Below are positions 62,766 to 64,000 of a DNA stretch of 64,000 nucleotides, piece by piece; position 1 is the stretch's first letter, and each line of letters begins with the position of its first letter. A program made the translations under genes and the position numbers. The stretch spans positions 77,438,001-77,502,000 of the forward strand of contig NC_079164.1 of the NCBI RefSeq assembly GCF_947568905.1, given 5' to 3'. Under the pieces are notes generated by a model, which was not told where the DNA came from, ran no database searches, and worked only from the letters and a program-made list of their open reading frames with translations. The stretch comes from Ostrea edulis (lineage: Eukaryota).

Positions 62766-64000
62766 AGACAGACATATGGACAGAGTGAATGCTATATGGT
62801 GCCCATCATACGGCGGGGCATCTATTACTTCTTTCAGGTGAAACAGGCCACAGTATGACATATGTCAATATGAATCCGCAACAGATGATCAATAGATAAG
62901 CAAATAGTAAAGAGGGCTCAGGAATGAATTATTCTCCCTCTTGATTTACACAAAATAAATAAAAAAGAATCATCTGTAACCATACAAACAAACATAGCAA
63001 AGCGGTTATTTCAAGCCTGTATTAAGCCATTCTGTTAGAGAAGAAGCAACAAAAATATCTGTTTATATAGAAGAAACAAATAATACAAACATATCTATTT
63101 ATCACGAAATTCAAATAACTGTCCACGACATTTTGATGAAATCACGCACACCATTCTCAAAATTAATTAACAGAAAATCTGTCAACTCCTCAGAGAATTT
63201 CCTCTAATTGTAAATGACACTTTCAAACCGAGACCTCTTCAAACTGGCCATGACAGAATGCCAACAACATAGTCATGCTTTTGTTGGTTATCAATATACT
63301 GAAATCTGATTATTCCTTGCTAATTTCATGAATTACCAATCTATTGCAGATCTATCATCCATAAATGATTTCATTGGTTGCTACTGAGTTCTCTTGCATC
63401 AGGAATGAAAATACAGGATACCGTATATCACATTGAAAAATTCCCCTAGGGACATTGAAAATCATCCCAGTTCAGTTCAGATAAACCATAGAAATTCAAC
63501 AAAATACCCTATACAAAAATATATCATCTAGTTACATTATTTTTTTTGGTCTTCTAAATGTTGCAATATAAAAACAAAATGAAATAAAATTCATTGTGAT
63601 TATACATGTATGGCGTACATAGTGAGGTTTAAAATTTTGGACCGATAAATAACTCAAATCCACATATACATGTACATACAATGAATTTCAACACGCAACC
63701 CGCAATCCTATCATCTCGCTAAGTCACATCTCATTCACATCAAATTATGAACTTATTTGAATTGTGTAAATTTCATCCTAGTCTTGTGATCCCATGCAAA
63801 ATGCAGTGCACAAAACGGATTAAAAATGAGCAGGTCTAATGCATTTAGTGAATCAAAGGCCTCAAGGGCCTCAGCGTCGACTCATCCACGATTTCCAACA
63901 GGGGGAGGGGGGGGGGGGGGGGGTTGGTGGTTTATATACATACAGCGCCATCTTATAAACTTATTCTGAATCTTTAAAGTACGGTAAACAAAATGTACAT

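Overview
AT-rich eukaryotic genomic DNA, almost certainly a bivalve and most likely an oyster (Ostreidae), judged from ~160-170 bp Cg170/HindIII-type satellite monomers carried inside Helentron-like elements. The species cannot be fixed from sequence alone. Only one convincing protein-coding region is present: a class A (rhodopsin-like) peptide GPCR of the FMRFamide/myosuppressin/sex-peptide-receptor-like group, encoded in one exon at 40305-41573 (+). The rest is intronic or intergenic and dense in non-autonomous mobile elements. These include about ten DINE-1/Helentron-type elements with internal tandem arrays, tRNA-derived SINEs with clear target-site duplications (TSDs), LINE 3' ends, and MITEs with TA, TTA or 5-bp TSDs, several nested in one another. 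Highlights: (1) a Helentron-type family whose tandem unit carries a perfect estrogen-response-element palindrome AGGTCAnnnTGACCT (8 perfect copies in ~1 kb, 2 more in a second copy), while other families carry DR0/DR1/DR2 arrangements of the same half-site; (2) a 492-bp foldback element with CAC...GTG ends and a 5-bp TSD, the Transib/RAG-transposon signature; (3) a TSD-bounded retroposon with a SINE body but a non-tRNA, RTE-like head. All coordinates were read by eye. Family names are from recognition, not database searches.
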